Assembly (NCBI GenBank): GCA_002633005.1
Contig: NMRA01000050.1
Span: forward strand, 4,160-68,159
Reading direction: 5' to 3'
DNA from: Phoronis australis
Taxonomy: Eukaryota > Animalia > Phoronida
DNA: 64,000 nucleotides
The translations under genes were made by a program, and so were the position numbers. The notes under the pieces are model-generated. The model was not told the DNA's origin. It was given only the letters and a program-made list of their open reading frames with translations, and searched no databases. Of the stretch, positions 52,630 through 64,000 are shown one piece after another (the first letter of the stretch is position 1; the number at the start of each line of letters is the position of its first letter).

Positions 52630-53706
52630 TTACCTGGTTAAGGCGAACTTCTCTTCTTTGGAGCAGTACCGGAAACAGCTGATTAGTTGCCGAAAGGTCA
52701 AACCGCACAGCATTATGGGCAACATTCGTTTGTTTTGATCACGCAGATTTTAAGAAAATAAAAAATAAAAGAAAAAATATTTACAGGCAGCAGATCGACC
52801 CCATACTTACGAAAAGTTCTAATTAAGTGTCAGAGAGTATGTTTCAATGGTTTTTATGCAGATTCACGATGTTTTTGAAACGTCTACAAACGGATCATAT
52901 GACTTTAAAGTGCACGGCAATATCTCACGTAATCTCGCAAAGTCTTGCTTTTTAGCGAGGTCCTAGCGTTAGTGAACGGGAGGCTGGTGTGATGCGTCTA
53001 TGTGAGCTCCCTGTAATGTGCAGTACGTCATTAGTGCAAAGGTCACCTATTTGCAGATTTTTTTTGTTTTCACTTTTACAAGTTGTCACTGAATACAACT
53101 GCCCTTTGTATAGCGTAGATGATGTTCAAATGTCATTGTCGTTTACTTCCTGCTATAAAACAGTATAGTTAGGAGTTGGGCCTATGCAAATACATCTTTA
53201 AGGGATGTATAGGTCAGCTCCTAGCTGTACGGGCACTACCTAGATACAGGGAGCAAATTGCTCACGGATCTATTCACTACAGGTGAACGTTAGTAGTAAA
53301 CAGCATAGATAGGCCTACATGCACAGTGGATTGTACACGAGTACACGATACAATATTACACTGTAGGTGCTGTCAGGGGTACAATAATTAATGTCCATCG
53401 GCTGCCTAATGCAATCCGGTAAACATCTAGTTCTTCCAGCCCGCCTTCTTGGAGCATTTAAGAAGAAAATGCACAAAAAATCGCCAAATGAGAAATTCGC
53501 CTCACCGACACGTGAAGCAAAATCCTCACGATTCATTTGTTCGCCACTGTGACCTGCGACAAACTGCATTCCTGGCGCCTAGCACATGCCTTGCGTTCTT
53601 CGTTTCCGCGGCAGAGGAAAATCGTTAGACGGTAGTCGTGTAATAATATAACACTGTAAAATTTGTTCATTGTCAATTTTTAAATTTTGATTTCTATTCA
53701 TTACAG

Positions 53707-54975
53707 AAATGGTCGTTTTCATAGTTTCCAATACTATCCTTACTCTACTGGCCATTCTTACTTTATTGGTTTACATGGTTGTCCGATGGAGACTGTATAA
53801 AACTAGCAAGGTGTTCAAGATTGTCACTCGCGATACAAAAGTTTATCCAGGGGAGCGTACTTTATTTGAAAAAAATTCCAGTATCGGAAGAGGCGAGACT
53901 ATAACCCTGAGCCCCTCAGGATCCGAAATTTCGTACTTGTCTTTCCAAGATGTCCATCTACTCAGGGATAGTTTAAATGACTTGCTCGCAGATGAAAATC
54001 TTCTTCGATATAATGCTTCTTCCCTTAATGTCTTCGAAGGTCCGTTCAAAGATTACGCTAGACGCGTTCAAAAGCAAATCATTCTCGACGCTCAGTTAAT
54101 TCGACAGAATATCTGTGATTCAGCAAAAAAAACAGAAGCTTAAGACTGAAGCACAAGTTGAAACAGAAACAGATTCTGAAGAAGACGAGGAAGACAGCAC
54201 CGACACTGAGGAGGAACCTAGTCCCGATATGGTTCCAAAACAAAACGGCAAAAAGTTGGTTTCGACCAAGAAATTGAAAAAGAAAACGCAAGAGAATAAA
54301 AGTGACAAAACTAGAGTAAAGCTGTATAACAGGGTCGTCAAAAAAGGCAAAAAAATGCGAAAGCATCCCAAAGTGATTGAAACGATTGGAAGTATCAGCC
54401 AAACAAGGAGTTCACATGAACGTGACACGAAGTACGCAACAGATGATATAAACGTGGAAGTGATCGAGGAGGGACTTCCATTAGAAAAAAAAATTGCGGT
54501 TCGCAGAACTAGACAAGAGTTTGCACTACCCTTCACTTCACTCATTTGGTTCGCCCGGAGCTCCATCAAGGGCAGTAGGAGAGGTCACATACAGGTCGAA
54601 AAGACGTAACTGGTTCAAAAAGACGAAAATGGCCGGAAAACAGCAGATAGAAGACGAGCTATCAACAAATCGCCGGAAATGGAAATTGCACAATTGGTGG
54701 TACTTTGGAACTAAGAAGATGCACAAAATGGAAAAGGAGCGAGAAAGGAAAGAAGAAAAAAGGAGAGAAGATCCTTAGTTGAGGAGTCCCGCTGCTTACT
54801 TTCATTTCTGGAAGAGCTTGAAAAGAACCAGAAGAATAAGACAGATGAAACTAGAAGAGAAACAACGAAATTAACATTTCGTCCTGCGTTGGTTTTTCAG
54901 AATTTTACTTCAAGAAATGGATCTAATGTAGATAAAAAGGTACGTGGAACCAACGATCGGAAAAGGAATACCTAG
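53707..54975 (+). CDS. Terminal exon: transmembrane helix plus a long charged cytoplasmic tail (three apparent frameshifts)
   Basis: Long pyrimidine tract, tacag|AA ATG, in phase with TSP1; MVVFIVSNTILTLLAILTLLVYMVV followed by RWRLYK (basic stop-transfer). The tail continues through ORFs 54115, 54494 and a final frame ending at TAG 54973-54975; shifts fall near A-runs ~54125, ~54485 and ~54756. Confidence 0.7.
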
Positions 54976-57423
54976 CGATTCGGTTTCCACCGTAACTGGT
55001 GAACACTGTTAGTTTTATATCGCTTCACCAATACTTTCAAATGTTGCTCTGTAGTCGTCCTTGTGTTCAGTGAACAACACGTCAAACATCAATGAGAGCA
55101 TGAAGCCTCTGAGCAACATGTTTGAGCTTCGACATGCTAACTACGATGCAGTGAACATATAAGCATACAGTTTCCTTTATTGAAATCACATTTACAATGA
55201 AAACATTTTCGTTTTGTTGGCAAAACTGACAACGCAACAAGGATAATACATGTAAATCTACCGATATAATTAGAATAGGCAACAACACGATGCAGTGTTG
55301 ATCTCCTTTGGTACTACACAAACGCCATCAAATCCTCATGTTTTTGGTCCTTGCTTGCCTCTTCCTTTTCATCTGATCAATTTATATGGTTTTGATCTAA
55401 AAAAGAGGTTAAACACTTCTATTAACGTGATGCTGAGAATCACACCACTTTTACACAGTTCCTTCCACTCAGCTGCCAGAAATTGACTTATCACCTTGTA
55501 ATAACTGCGTGCTTATCTCCTTTACCTATTACTCCATACTCAATTAAGAAGTGATCACCAGTCTTGGTGGAGAACTGATAATTTGCTATTTTTTATTCCA
55601 TCCTTTTATAATTTCAAGACACGCCTCCAGGTTACGGTAACGTTAAGTGGAATAAAAAATTTTTTGTGTATGCAAACATGGATTTAACGTTGGTTTATGT
55701 CAGGGCGAGTCGAATATTACTTTAAAGGCCATTTCGTATACGGCCAGCTGGTCGCACGTGGTTGTGAACGATACTGGGACAGTGTAAGAAAGATCCAAAC
55801 CGACTTTTCTTCTAAAAACAAAAATATATGATCTAGCCAATGTTTGATGTCTTAATTTTCTGTTTTTCAATTTCTCCGAAAAACCGCTAATTGAAAATTG
55901 GGTAATTAAGTCAAGCATTGAAGCTTTACACGTTTATAGAAAATGAGGTTCGACACAGTATTGATGTAGTATTGAATTTTAAATTCCGTATTTTGTATTT
56001 TAATCTTCGCCTACTACAAATCTGCAAAATATTTGGGGCTCACCGAATTCGCTTTTACCGACAAAGCCGCCTAAGCAAAAGCCTCTACATATATGCAAAA
56101 ATGAGCAATATACAGGGATTACAATATACAGGGCTTACTGAAAAGTCACGTCTTATATTCACTGATAGGAATCCCTCTGCAGATGGTTTTGTTTCATCAC
56201 ACGATGTCAATTTTTACTGTTTATTAGACGTCGGGAAAAGGAAACTGCTCTACAAGCGTTTTTGGCCTATGTGCAAAAAGTTATATCGTTACTGTTTTCA
56301 TTTAAGTTTGATTTCGTTGGCATTATGTTTTATGATACAAGAAAGCATGAAAGGTCAGCCGATTTCGTTATAAGCCATTTTAAGTGAAAATGTCTTAATT
56401 TAATTACAAAATTTGACAACTAAATATGATATAATCATTGAACTAAGTCTTTAGTAAAGGACAATTGAATACCTTCTCAAAATAAAATTCGTACAATCTA
56501 TGTCTATGAAAAATAAAAATGTAACTACCAATTACGGTTTGATACCACACACGCGCACACACGCACACCCACAAGCATACATTTGTATGAACCATGCGTT
56601 GGTAAAACCCACTACTATCATTGTCTCTAATATTTACTAATCTTTACCATGTATTGTGTACTTAAAATAAATGTATTATTACTTTATATTTTCTAATTTT
56701 ATCTAGTTATGTTTATATGTTAATGTCAAGGGTTACGTCCGATATCCGTGTATGCAAAGGTCAAACAAATCTCATCTCCAGAAAAAAAAATGTTGCACTG
56801 ATTGCATTCTCTTAAACTTTCGATAGTTTACATGCATATAAAAGCGCGGTTTAGGCTGAGTTGTGCCACATTTCAACACAAATCACCTACATTCAACTCT
56901 CAATTGGACCTTTTCAGGATCAGGACTACAGCGTTGCAGGTCACAAAATGGAGATTATATTAGATAATAGGGATTGGATTGCAAAGTAATTTGATAAGTT
57001 GATGTGAACAACGTACTACCTAAAGCTTATTATTTAACGAATTTAAAATTGTTGGTAAATGTATCAAGCCACGATGTCCATGTTGTTAAGCATGGCGTCA
57101 TTGGGTTATTTGATGTCACTCGCTAATATTAAACACTAAAATAACAAATATTCAAGGCAAAATCAACATTTTCCAAATAAAAAATGCTCAATGAAATTAG
57201 TAATTTTACGCCAGTGTTTTAAATAGTCACTGTACGTAAAACAGCGACTACTTTACGGTTTTCTGGCAAACTGCCGAATCCCATGAGACGAGGACAGAAT
57301 TGATGAGGTTGTTATCCAAATGTAGACATTGGTGCCATACATCTTCATATATTGCCAACCAGATATTTAACATTCCAGTACTGGTACATATATTTTGTCA
57401 TTAAAACTTGCAAAATTTCTTAC

Positions 57424-59007
57424 CTCACAGAATTTTCCAGAGTAACCCTTTGTACAGTAACATCTGTAACCTGTTAGCGAAAATCGAGACTCCACGCATC
57501 TGGCGCCGTTTTGACAAGGTTGGCCGAAGCATGGGGAGACCAGAGTAGTTGTAGGTGGAGTCGTTCTAGTGGTAGTGGAAGGGGTGGTTTTAGGGGACAT
57601 GGTAGTGCTTGAAGGTGTGGAACTTGTAGGTGAAGTCATTGTAGGGGTAGTGGAAGGGGTGGTCGTAGGGGACGTTGTAGTGGTTGATGGTGCGGTAGTT
57701 GTTGGTGGAGTCGTTGTAGGGGTAGTGGAAGGGGTAGTCGTAGGGGACGTTGTAGTGGTTGAAGGTGCGGTAGTTGTTGGTGGAGTCGTTGTAGGGGTAG
57801 TGGAAGGGGTGGTCGTAGGGGACGTTGTAGTGGTTGAAGGTGCGGTAGTTGTTGGTGGAGTCGTTGTAGGGGTAGTGGAAGGGGTGGTCGTAGGGGACGT
57901 TGTAGTGGTTGAAGGTGCGGTAGTTGTTGGTGGAGTCGTTGTAGGGGTAGTGGAAGGGGTGGTCGTAGGGGACGTTGTAGTGGTTGAAGGTGCGGTAGTT
58001 GTTGGTGGAGTCGTTGTAGGGGTAGTGGAAGGGGTAGTCGTAGGGGACGTTGTAGTGGTTGAAGGTGCGGTAGTTGTTGGTGGAGTCGTTGTAGGGGTAG
58101 TGGAAGGGGTGGTCGTAGGGGACGTTGTAGTGGTTGAAGGTGCGGTAGTTGTTGGTGGAGTCGTTGTAGGGGTAGTGGAAGGGGTGGTCGTAGGGGACGT
58201 TGTAGTGGTTGAAGGTGCGGTAGTTGTTGGTGGAGTCGTTGTAGGGGTAGTGGAAGGGGTGGTCGTAGGGGACGTTGTAGTGGTTGAAGGTGCGGTAGTT
58301 GTTGGTGGAGTCGTTGTAGGGGTAGTGGAAGGGGTGGTCGTAGGGGACGTTGTAGTGGTTGAAGGTGCGGTAGTTGTTGGTGGAATCGTTTTAGGGGTAG
58401 TGGAAGGGGTGGTCGTAGGGGACGTTGTAGTGGTTGAAGGTGCGGTAGTTGTTGGTGGAGTAGTTCTGGGGGTAATGGAAGAGGTGGTTTTAGGGGACAC
58501 GGTATTGGCTGAAGGTGCAGTAGCTGTAGGTGGAGTCGTTGTAGGGATAGCGGAAAGGGTAGTTGTAGGGGACGTGGTAGTGGTTGAAAGTTTGGTAGTT
58601 GTTGGTGGAGTCATTGTACGAGTAGTGGAAGGGGTGGTTTTAGGGGATGTGGTAGTGGTTGAAGAAGGAATCTGCGTTGAAGAAGTAGTGGTGGAAATGG
58701 AACCACTGGTTGAAGGGGCGCCGGTGGATTTGTAAAATGTGGTGGAAGGAAAAGTGGTTGTTGAAGAAATGATTTTTGTATAAGTGGTGATTGCATTGGT
58801 GTGAACAACTGTGGATGTTGGGTGAGGGGTTGCTGCTGGAGAGTTGCTGGCTGTAGGCGAAGTTGCAGAGTTGGACCGTTTAGGGAGGGTAGGGAATTGT
58901 CTAGTTGTAAAGGGCATAGTCGTTGTAGTAAAGATCTGTCTGGTTGCAGGAGAGCCGGTGGTTTCGCGGAAATTTGTGGTTTTGTGAGTAGTTGCTTTCA
59001 TGAAATT
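57424..59007 (-). CDS. Delta-like gene exon: Thr/Pro/Ser mucin stalk plus EGF domain (1584 nt, phase 0-0)
   Basis: ccattttag|AAT TTC ATG; mucin repeats, then SPCFGQPCQNGARCVESRFSLTGYRCYCTKGYSGKFCE|gtaaga. Confidence 0.9.
57641..58465. repeat. Coding minisatellite, 75-bp unit, about 11 near-identical copies
   Basis: Unit encodes PTTTPPTTTAPSTTTTSPTTTPSTT on the - strand; degenerate copies flank it (~57540-58690). Confidence 0.95.
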
Positions 59008-59141
59008 CTAAAATGGAAAAGAGAGAAAATAAGCTTGGACAAGATTCATACAATTTGATTTCAACTGAGAATGTAAGGGACTGTACGGTTTATGCAGGTA
59101 ACCCCGTAGAATTTGCATGGTACAATTTAAAGTGCAGTTAC

Positions 59142-59281
59142 CTGACAATTACGTCCGGTGAATCCCGGGTAGCACTTGCATCTGTACTCGGTGTAAGTCT
59201 TTCCCGCAGAGCACTTTCCTCGTCCTTTGCACGGGTTACGTATGCAAGTTGAAATTTCTCGACAATTTGGTCCCACACGTC
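59142..59281 (-). CDS. Delta-like gene exon: end of DSL plus EGF domain
   Basis: tttaag|GA CGT; RVGPNCREISTCIRNPCKGRGKCSAGKTYTEYRCKCYPGFTGRNCQ|gtaact; phases 1 and 0 match both neighbouring exons. Confidence 0.85.
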
Positions 59282-59754
59282 CTTAAAAATCGTTTTACAA
59301 ATGTATACAATAGTGTTTTGAAAATAAGAGACATTTCTACATGTACTACGGTTTTCTGTCAAAACCAATGCTGGAATAGAATGGGTTAATATACCAACTG
59401 AGGAAAATGTTCTTGGCATTGTGATAAAACACAAAGGTACGACATAATTTCTGTAGACATCAAATAGGTAGATACATGTAGGACAACGTGAATAACATTT
59501 TTTAACAGTTGCACGTTGATGTGTTTGTCTAAGAATTTTAATTTAAGTTTAGCAAGTGGCAATTTTTCGCCAAAGTGATTCCCGGCAACTGCTAAAGACT
59601 CCGGGCAATCAAAATAAGCACAGGTGCGCATTATTGCAGTTCAGGTGAGAAGCGCAATTTTGTTCGTTGTTTTACTGAGAAATGAGCATGCATGGATGTT
59701 CGCATACCGTGAATCATAATTAACCGCCAACAAGCTAGGTATCGGATTGTCGCC

Positions 59755-59914
59755 ATGAGCGGACATAGGATTTTTAGTTGAGGGGAGGGCAGGGCAGAGT
59801 ATTAGCCAGGACTTTTCCCGTGAGAAAGTTGGACTCCGGAACTGACAAATGGAATCTAGGGAAATTTTAGGGGGTCCATGGCCCTCTTCCCCCCCCACCT
59901 AAAATCATCCACTG
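59755..59914. mobile_element. MITE-like repeat, family B (degenerate)
   Basis: catgagcggacataggatttt ... cccacctaaaatcatccactg; interior similar to 38686-38958. Confidence 0.5.
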
Positions 59915-60271
59915 GTCGCCAAGTGAACATAGATAAAGTGCGCAGCAGTAGCCGCGGCAGTTGCTAGACAGTTTTAACTTAAAAGTGTCCAGGTTTGAAG
60001 CAATGAAGAAAATGGGACCAGGAATCTAAATGATTATCTCATTTATTACAAGTAAGGGCTATTTAGCTGAAAGTGGACGCACATTCTGGAGGACGCGAGA
60101 TATTTAGTACTCGCTGCAGGAAGCGCGACATATTTAGAATTTCAAGGGTTTGTAAATTGATAACAGAAAAGAGGAGTACGTTATACCATATTACGGCTTA
60201 AAATTTGACATACATTTTCAAGTGTTTGAAGTAAAATAAATCATTGAGACAAGTATTTTAACGCTTCTTAC

Positions 60272-60408
60272 CGGATAAGCATATTTTCTCCCCTGTCTTT
60301 TTATTGCATGAAAAAGATCCTGAAGGACCGTTTTGCGGCTTACAGTAAACAGAGCAGTCTTCTCCATAGTAGTCCAAGTCGCACGACACCGTCATATCCA
60401 CCTCTAAG
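60272..60408 (-). CDS. Delta-like gene exon: DSL domain
   Basis: tttcag|C TTA; LEVDMTVSCDLDYYGEDCSVYCKPQNGPSGSFSCNKKTGEKICLS G|gtaaga matches DSL spacing C..YYG..C...C.P.......C...G...C..G. Confidence 0.85.
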
Positions 60409-61139
60409 CTGAAAGTCGTACATGAATACAGGCATCGCAGCGGATTGAACAGGGCAGCAAGACATATACTAGTTTGTAAAATAAGCTTGACAAAAATCTG
60501 ACATATCTATGTCAAACTCCGCCAAACTTCGACGAAATTCTCGGCAGAATCATTTGGCAGTTTTTCGGAGTTTGGTCTCAATAAGATAGCGTTTTGTCGA
60601 AATTAAAGCCGGTTTTAAATGTGACGTTACATGTATTTCGCCTAGCATCTAGATGTTCATTTGTGAAGGCCTTGTGAAGTGAGTTGTGTGTATATCATAT
60701 ATACTGTCAGACGATTGAATGGGGGTTTGTTTAAAAGGTAGCTATCCTTTGAGATTGTATATGATACCCCTAATTAGACGAGTAAAACCTGTTGCTAATT
60801 GCGTAATCAACTACAAAAAAGAGTAACTACGCTAGCGCCCTCTTTAAAGGTTACCCAAATTTGTAAACACCATTTAAAAATAGATTTTGACGTTTAAGTA
60901 CATGCCAACAAGTTTGAATCCGTGATTTAAAAGTACATATGCACAAATTTTGGGCAATTTAAAATGGATCTATTCTTACTAATTACTTAATCAATATTTA
61001 TTCTGACAAATAAGCCCCTCCTCAAGAAAATACTTCTTGAGATTTTCTCGACATGGAAGACTTAAATATTGATTACCACTTAGATTTATTACCCAATTTC
61101 CATGAATCTTCAATGCTCTAACCTACTCAGGTAATCAGT

Positions 61140-62420
61140 ACCAACCAACATTTTCTGAGCCTTTGATAGCTTCAACCTTAAATCGAAAGTTTTGCAAAAA
61201 CAAGGCCCACCTCATGATGCGTCCAATGACTAACTGACTTCTTTGAATGTAAGCCAGGGGTTGATGGTCAGTGTGAATAATAAATTGTTTACTATACGAG
61301 TACTTTGCAAATTTTCTGATGACAAATACAATAGCAAAACATTCCCTCTCTATGACTGAGTAATTCCGTTCAGAGGGAACAATTTCTTACTAGCACATGC
61401 TACTGGGAACCTGCAATCATCATACTCTTGCAACAAAATACAGCCTATACCAGTATCTGACGCATCGGTCTGAACCATAAAGGGTTTACTGAAATCGGGT
61501 AATCACAGTATTGGTGCTCTCGTTAGCAGGTCTCGAAGAGTGTCGAACGCGTGCTGCTGAGCATCGTCCCATTTTACGGTGTTTGGCTGTTTCTTCTTTA
61601 TGAGCTCAGTAAGTGGGACGGCGATTTCAGCGAAGTTTGGGATGAACTTCCTGTAGTATCCAGCCAACCCAAGAAAAGAACGAACTTGTTTTTTTCGTTC
61701 TGAGTCGTGGTGCTTCTCGGATCTGTCCCAACTTTTCTTCATCCATTGCCAGATGCCCTTCACCGACCACATGTCCAACGAAATCGACGGAACGAGATCC
61801 AATCTAACCTTTGGTGGGTCGAATCGTTAGTCCAGCCTCTCGCACACGTTGGAAGGTGTCTCGCAAGGTGGCAAGGTGTTCAGCCTTGGTCTTATTTTGG
61901 CACAGAATGTCATCCACATAATGTTCTGTATTATGTGCTTCTACCAACATCTTGGTCATCATACGGTTGAAGGTCGCTGTTGAATTTACCAGACCAAATG
62001 GCATCTTTACGAACTTGTAGCAACCACTTGGTACTACTAACGAGGTCTTGGGTCGTGATTCTTCGACGGCAATGACTTGCCAGTATCCTTTACTTAGATC
62101 AATCTTCGTAAAATACTGGTCTTTACTGATCTCAGTCATGATGTCATCGGGATTGCACATCGGCTCCGAGGCAAACTTGGTGATGGCGTTCAAACGACGA
62201 AAATCGATGCAGATTCGATTTGAACCGTCCTTCTTCTTCACTATGACCACCGCAGAGTTTTAGGGAGCATCGAATGGTTCTATGACTCCACACTTTGACA
62301 TGTTGTCGACTTCTTCCTGCAGAACCGTCCGTGTGGTGTATGGCATGGGATATGGCTTGACTCTCACTCTTCACTAATGCTCTCAATCTTGTGCTCAACA
62401 AGATGGGTCCAAGGAGTGTA
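61140..62420 (-). mobile_element. Gypsy/Ty3 LTR retrotransposon pol fragment (RT plus RNase H)
   Basis: VKKKDGSNRICIDFRRLN, IDLSKGYWQ, MPFGLVNS, YVDDIL, RSFLGLAGYYRKFI, QTDAS, TDHQPL, RWALFLQ; frameshifted; no LTRs or integrase seen. Confidence 0.95.
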
Positions 62421-62518
62421 GTAGTATAGGAGAGTTCACTTGTGAGTTCGCTGTTACCGCTGCTACTAGCGCCGGCAAGTGGTGAACAAGCAACTGTCAA
62501 CCAGGAAGTGCCAAAACA

Positions 62519-63480
62519 ATGGGGAAGGACGCATTTTGCAGTGCGATAAATTTCATGAATTCATCCACGAAAACCCCAGACGTGTCATTTTTTAGGTTTC
62601 CTAAGGATACAGAAAGGTAAGGATTATCTGTTATTCAATAAAATGATACATTGGCTTTCATTTTTTGTGCTCTGTTCACGGTTGTTAAGACAAGTCCTAT
62701 TCACAGTCCCGTTGCCACCGTTCTGTTGTCTGCAGTGTAGGCTAGGCCTACTGTACAACCGGGCTGCCTGCGGAAGGACTATGATGAACGTACGATGTGA
62801 TCGTCAGCTTTTTGTTTTCTTGTAGTCCATCAATTCCAAATCAAAATGTCACCCGGACGATCGCAGGGACAATTTTAGGAAAACATACCCATGCCCATGA
62901 TGGCCATGAGTAATTTGACTGGTGACACAGCCATGGCACTATGACAGCCACAGGGCCACTAAGTCTGTCATGAGTCAAGTTAGCGAATCTGTGGGTCTCG
63001 GTGAAAAGGTGAAAAATCCGAGCATAATTTTAATGTGCCAGTTGGAGCAATTAAGTTAAGCAGTGCGTCATTGAAAACTTAATTCTACATGTATGTGTCA
63101 ATGATGCGGGGGCGCGGCCCTGTTAAAATATCCGTGGATCAACATTTGAGTCCGAGTTTTTTCCAGTTGACACCAACACTCTTTTGTCTCTATCACAATC
63201 ACAGTACGACAGGAATTCTGTAGTGTAGTGTACTTTAGTGTAGGCTGCCAGTCTTCTGTGAACCTAGTGAGTATGAGGTTTGTTCCTGAGTCTCTCAGTC
63301 ATTGATTTCTGTTCTGGTGCAAGCGCTGGGAGCTGACCTTATGAATAGAGATGCAACATATTTGTCCAAGAACCGCAAGTTATGCTCTCATCACTTCGAG
63401 GAGTCCATGTTCATGAATGAAGAACAAGCTGGTATTGACTGCAGTGCCCGAACAATATTTGATGTCCCGAATCCACCAAA
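62519..63480 (+). mobile_element. Intron-split THAP domain remnant (THAP12/PRKRIR-like, hAT-type)
   Basis: Exon 62519-62616 MGKDAFCSAINFMN...SFFRFPKDTER|gtaagg; second part ~63310-63480 LSKNRKLCSHHFEESMF...[fs]AVP/TIFDVPNPP; second Cys lost. Confidence 0.7.
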
Positions 63481-64000
63481 AATGAAGATGTTAGGGTCAA
63501 AAAGCTCTCCGGAAATTATATTATAGCTCTGGAACAGGCTTTTTTGCATTGTCGATTATCGTCTCACAAAGCAAGTACTGGAACATCACGTGCAGAAAGG
63601 ACAATTATAGTCAAAATCTGGTTTTCGTATTTTACTAAGGTTGATCAGATTGAAACATTTTATGAATGGTTAGCCTGTGATTTGAAGAGAGCCAAAGTGA
63701 AACTGATGGGTCTTTTAGAGTCTGAATGGTGGGCTGACATTTTGCTAAACCCAAGCTATCCGTATCATTTTGCTTCTCAATAACAAACACCTCTGTGACT
63801 AAATTAGTTATCAGCTTCAACTTTCTTCCTTGGCAAAAATAGCTTTTGTTTACTAGTAAATTAATAGAGAGTGAGAAGGTTGGTTAGGTTTTTTAGTTGT
63901 ATTGATGCATGTGTTGCCTATTTTGTACGTTTTTGGAGATTGTGATTAATTTAAGCCCCAGTTGTGGCTAAGTAACAAATATGATCTTGTGGTCTAGCTT

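Larger units (their letters stand above)
8340..54975 (+). pseudogene. Multi-Ig (16 C2-type domains)-TSP1-transmembrane cell-surface receptor locus, partly disrupted
   Basis: 18 phase-compatible exons: 16 Ig, 1 TSP1, 1 TM/cytoplasmic. Junction codons rebuild the typical V-[F/Y/H/S]-G-P Ig linker. Several exons carry stops or frameshifts. Leader exon not found. Confidence 0.8.

Noticed and set aside
52862-52916. Possible mini-exon between TSP1 and TM
   Set aside because: Phase-1 reading stops after five codons and there is no GT donor.
56890-57019. Candidate terminal exon of the DSL-mucin gene (VVRCSHQLIKLLCNPIPII*)
   Set aside because: Weak acceptor and no domain support.
57569-58735. 388-aa Val/Gly/Glu-rich + strand ORF; the repeat could also be mistaken for a CRISPR array
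   Set aside because: It is the antisense shadow of the mucin repeat; the units are contiguous with no unique spacers.

Overview
AT-rich, intron-containing animal (invertebrate-like) genomic DNA with many transposon remnants; I see no prokaryotic features. The main structure is a + strand gene or pseudogene spanning about 8.3-55.0 kb. It has 16 divergent single-Ig-domain exons (C2-type, nephrin/CD80-like). Fifteen open with AG|NN-GGN-CCN ('x-G-P') and all close on a phase-1 GT donor. One TSP1 exon and one transmembrane/cytoplasmic exon follow. Eight Ig exons are intact, two have lost a structural Cys, and six carry stops, frameshifts or truncation, mostly with splice sites retained. This fits either a modular exon-skipping receptor or a decaying gene. 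A converging - strand gene encodes a Delta-like protein: DSL, EGF, a Thr/Pro mucin built on a 75-bp repeat, then EGF. Introns and flanks hold a palindromic Polinton/Maverick relic (pPolB on both strands, a PC4-like gene), three Penelope-like fragments with inverted repeats (one with a hammerhead-like motif), an RNase H-bearing LINE, a CR1/L2 LINE, a Gypsy pol, four THAP remnants, MITEs and a hairpin element with dif-like sites. No leader (signal peptide) exon was identified, and an N at 52629 lies between the TSP1 and TM exons.
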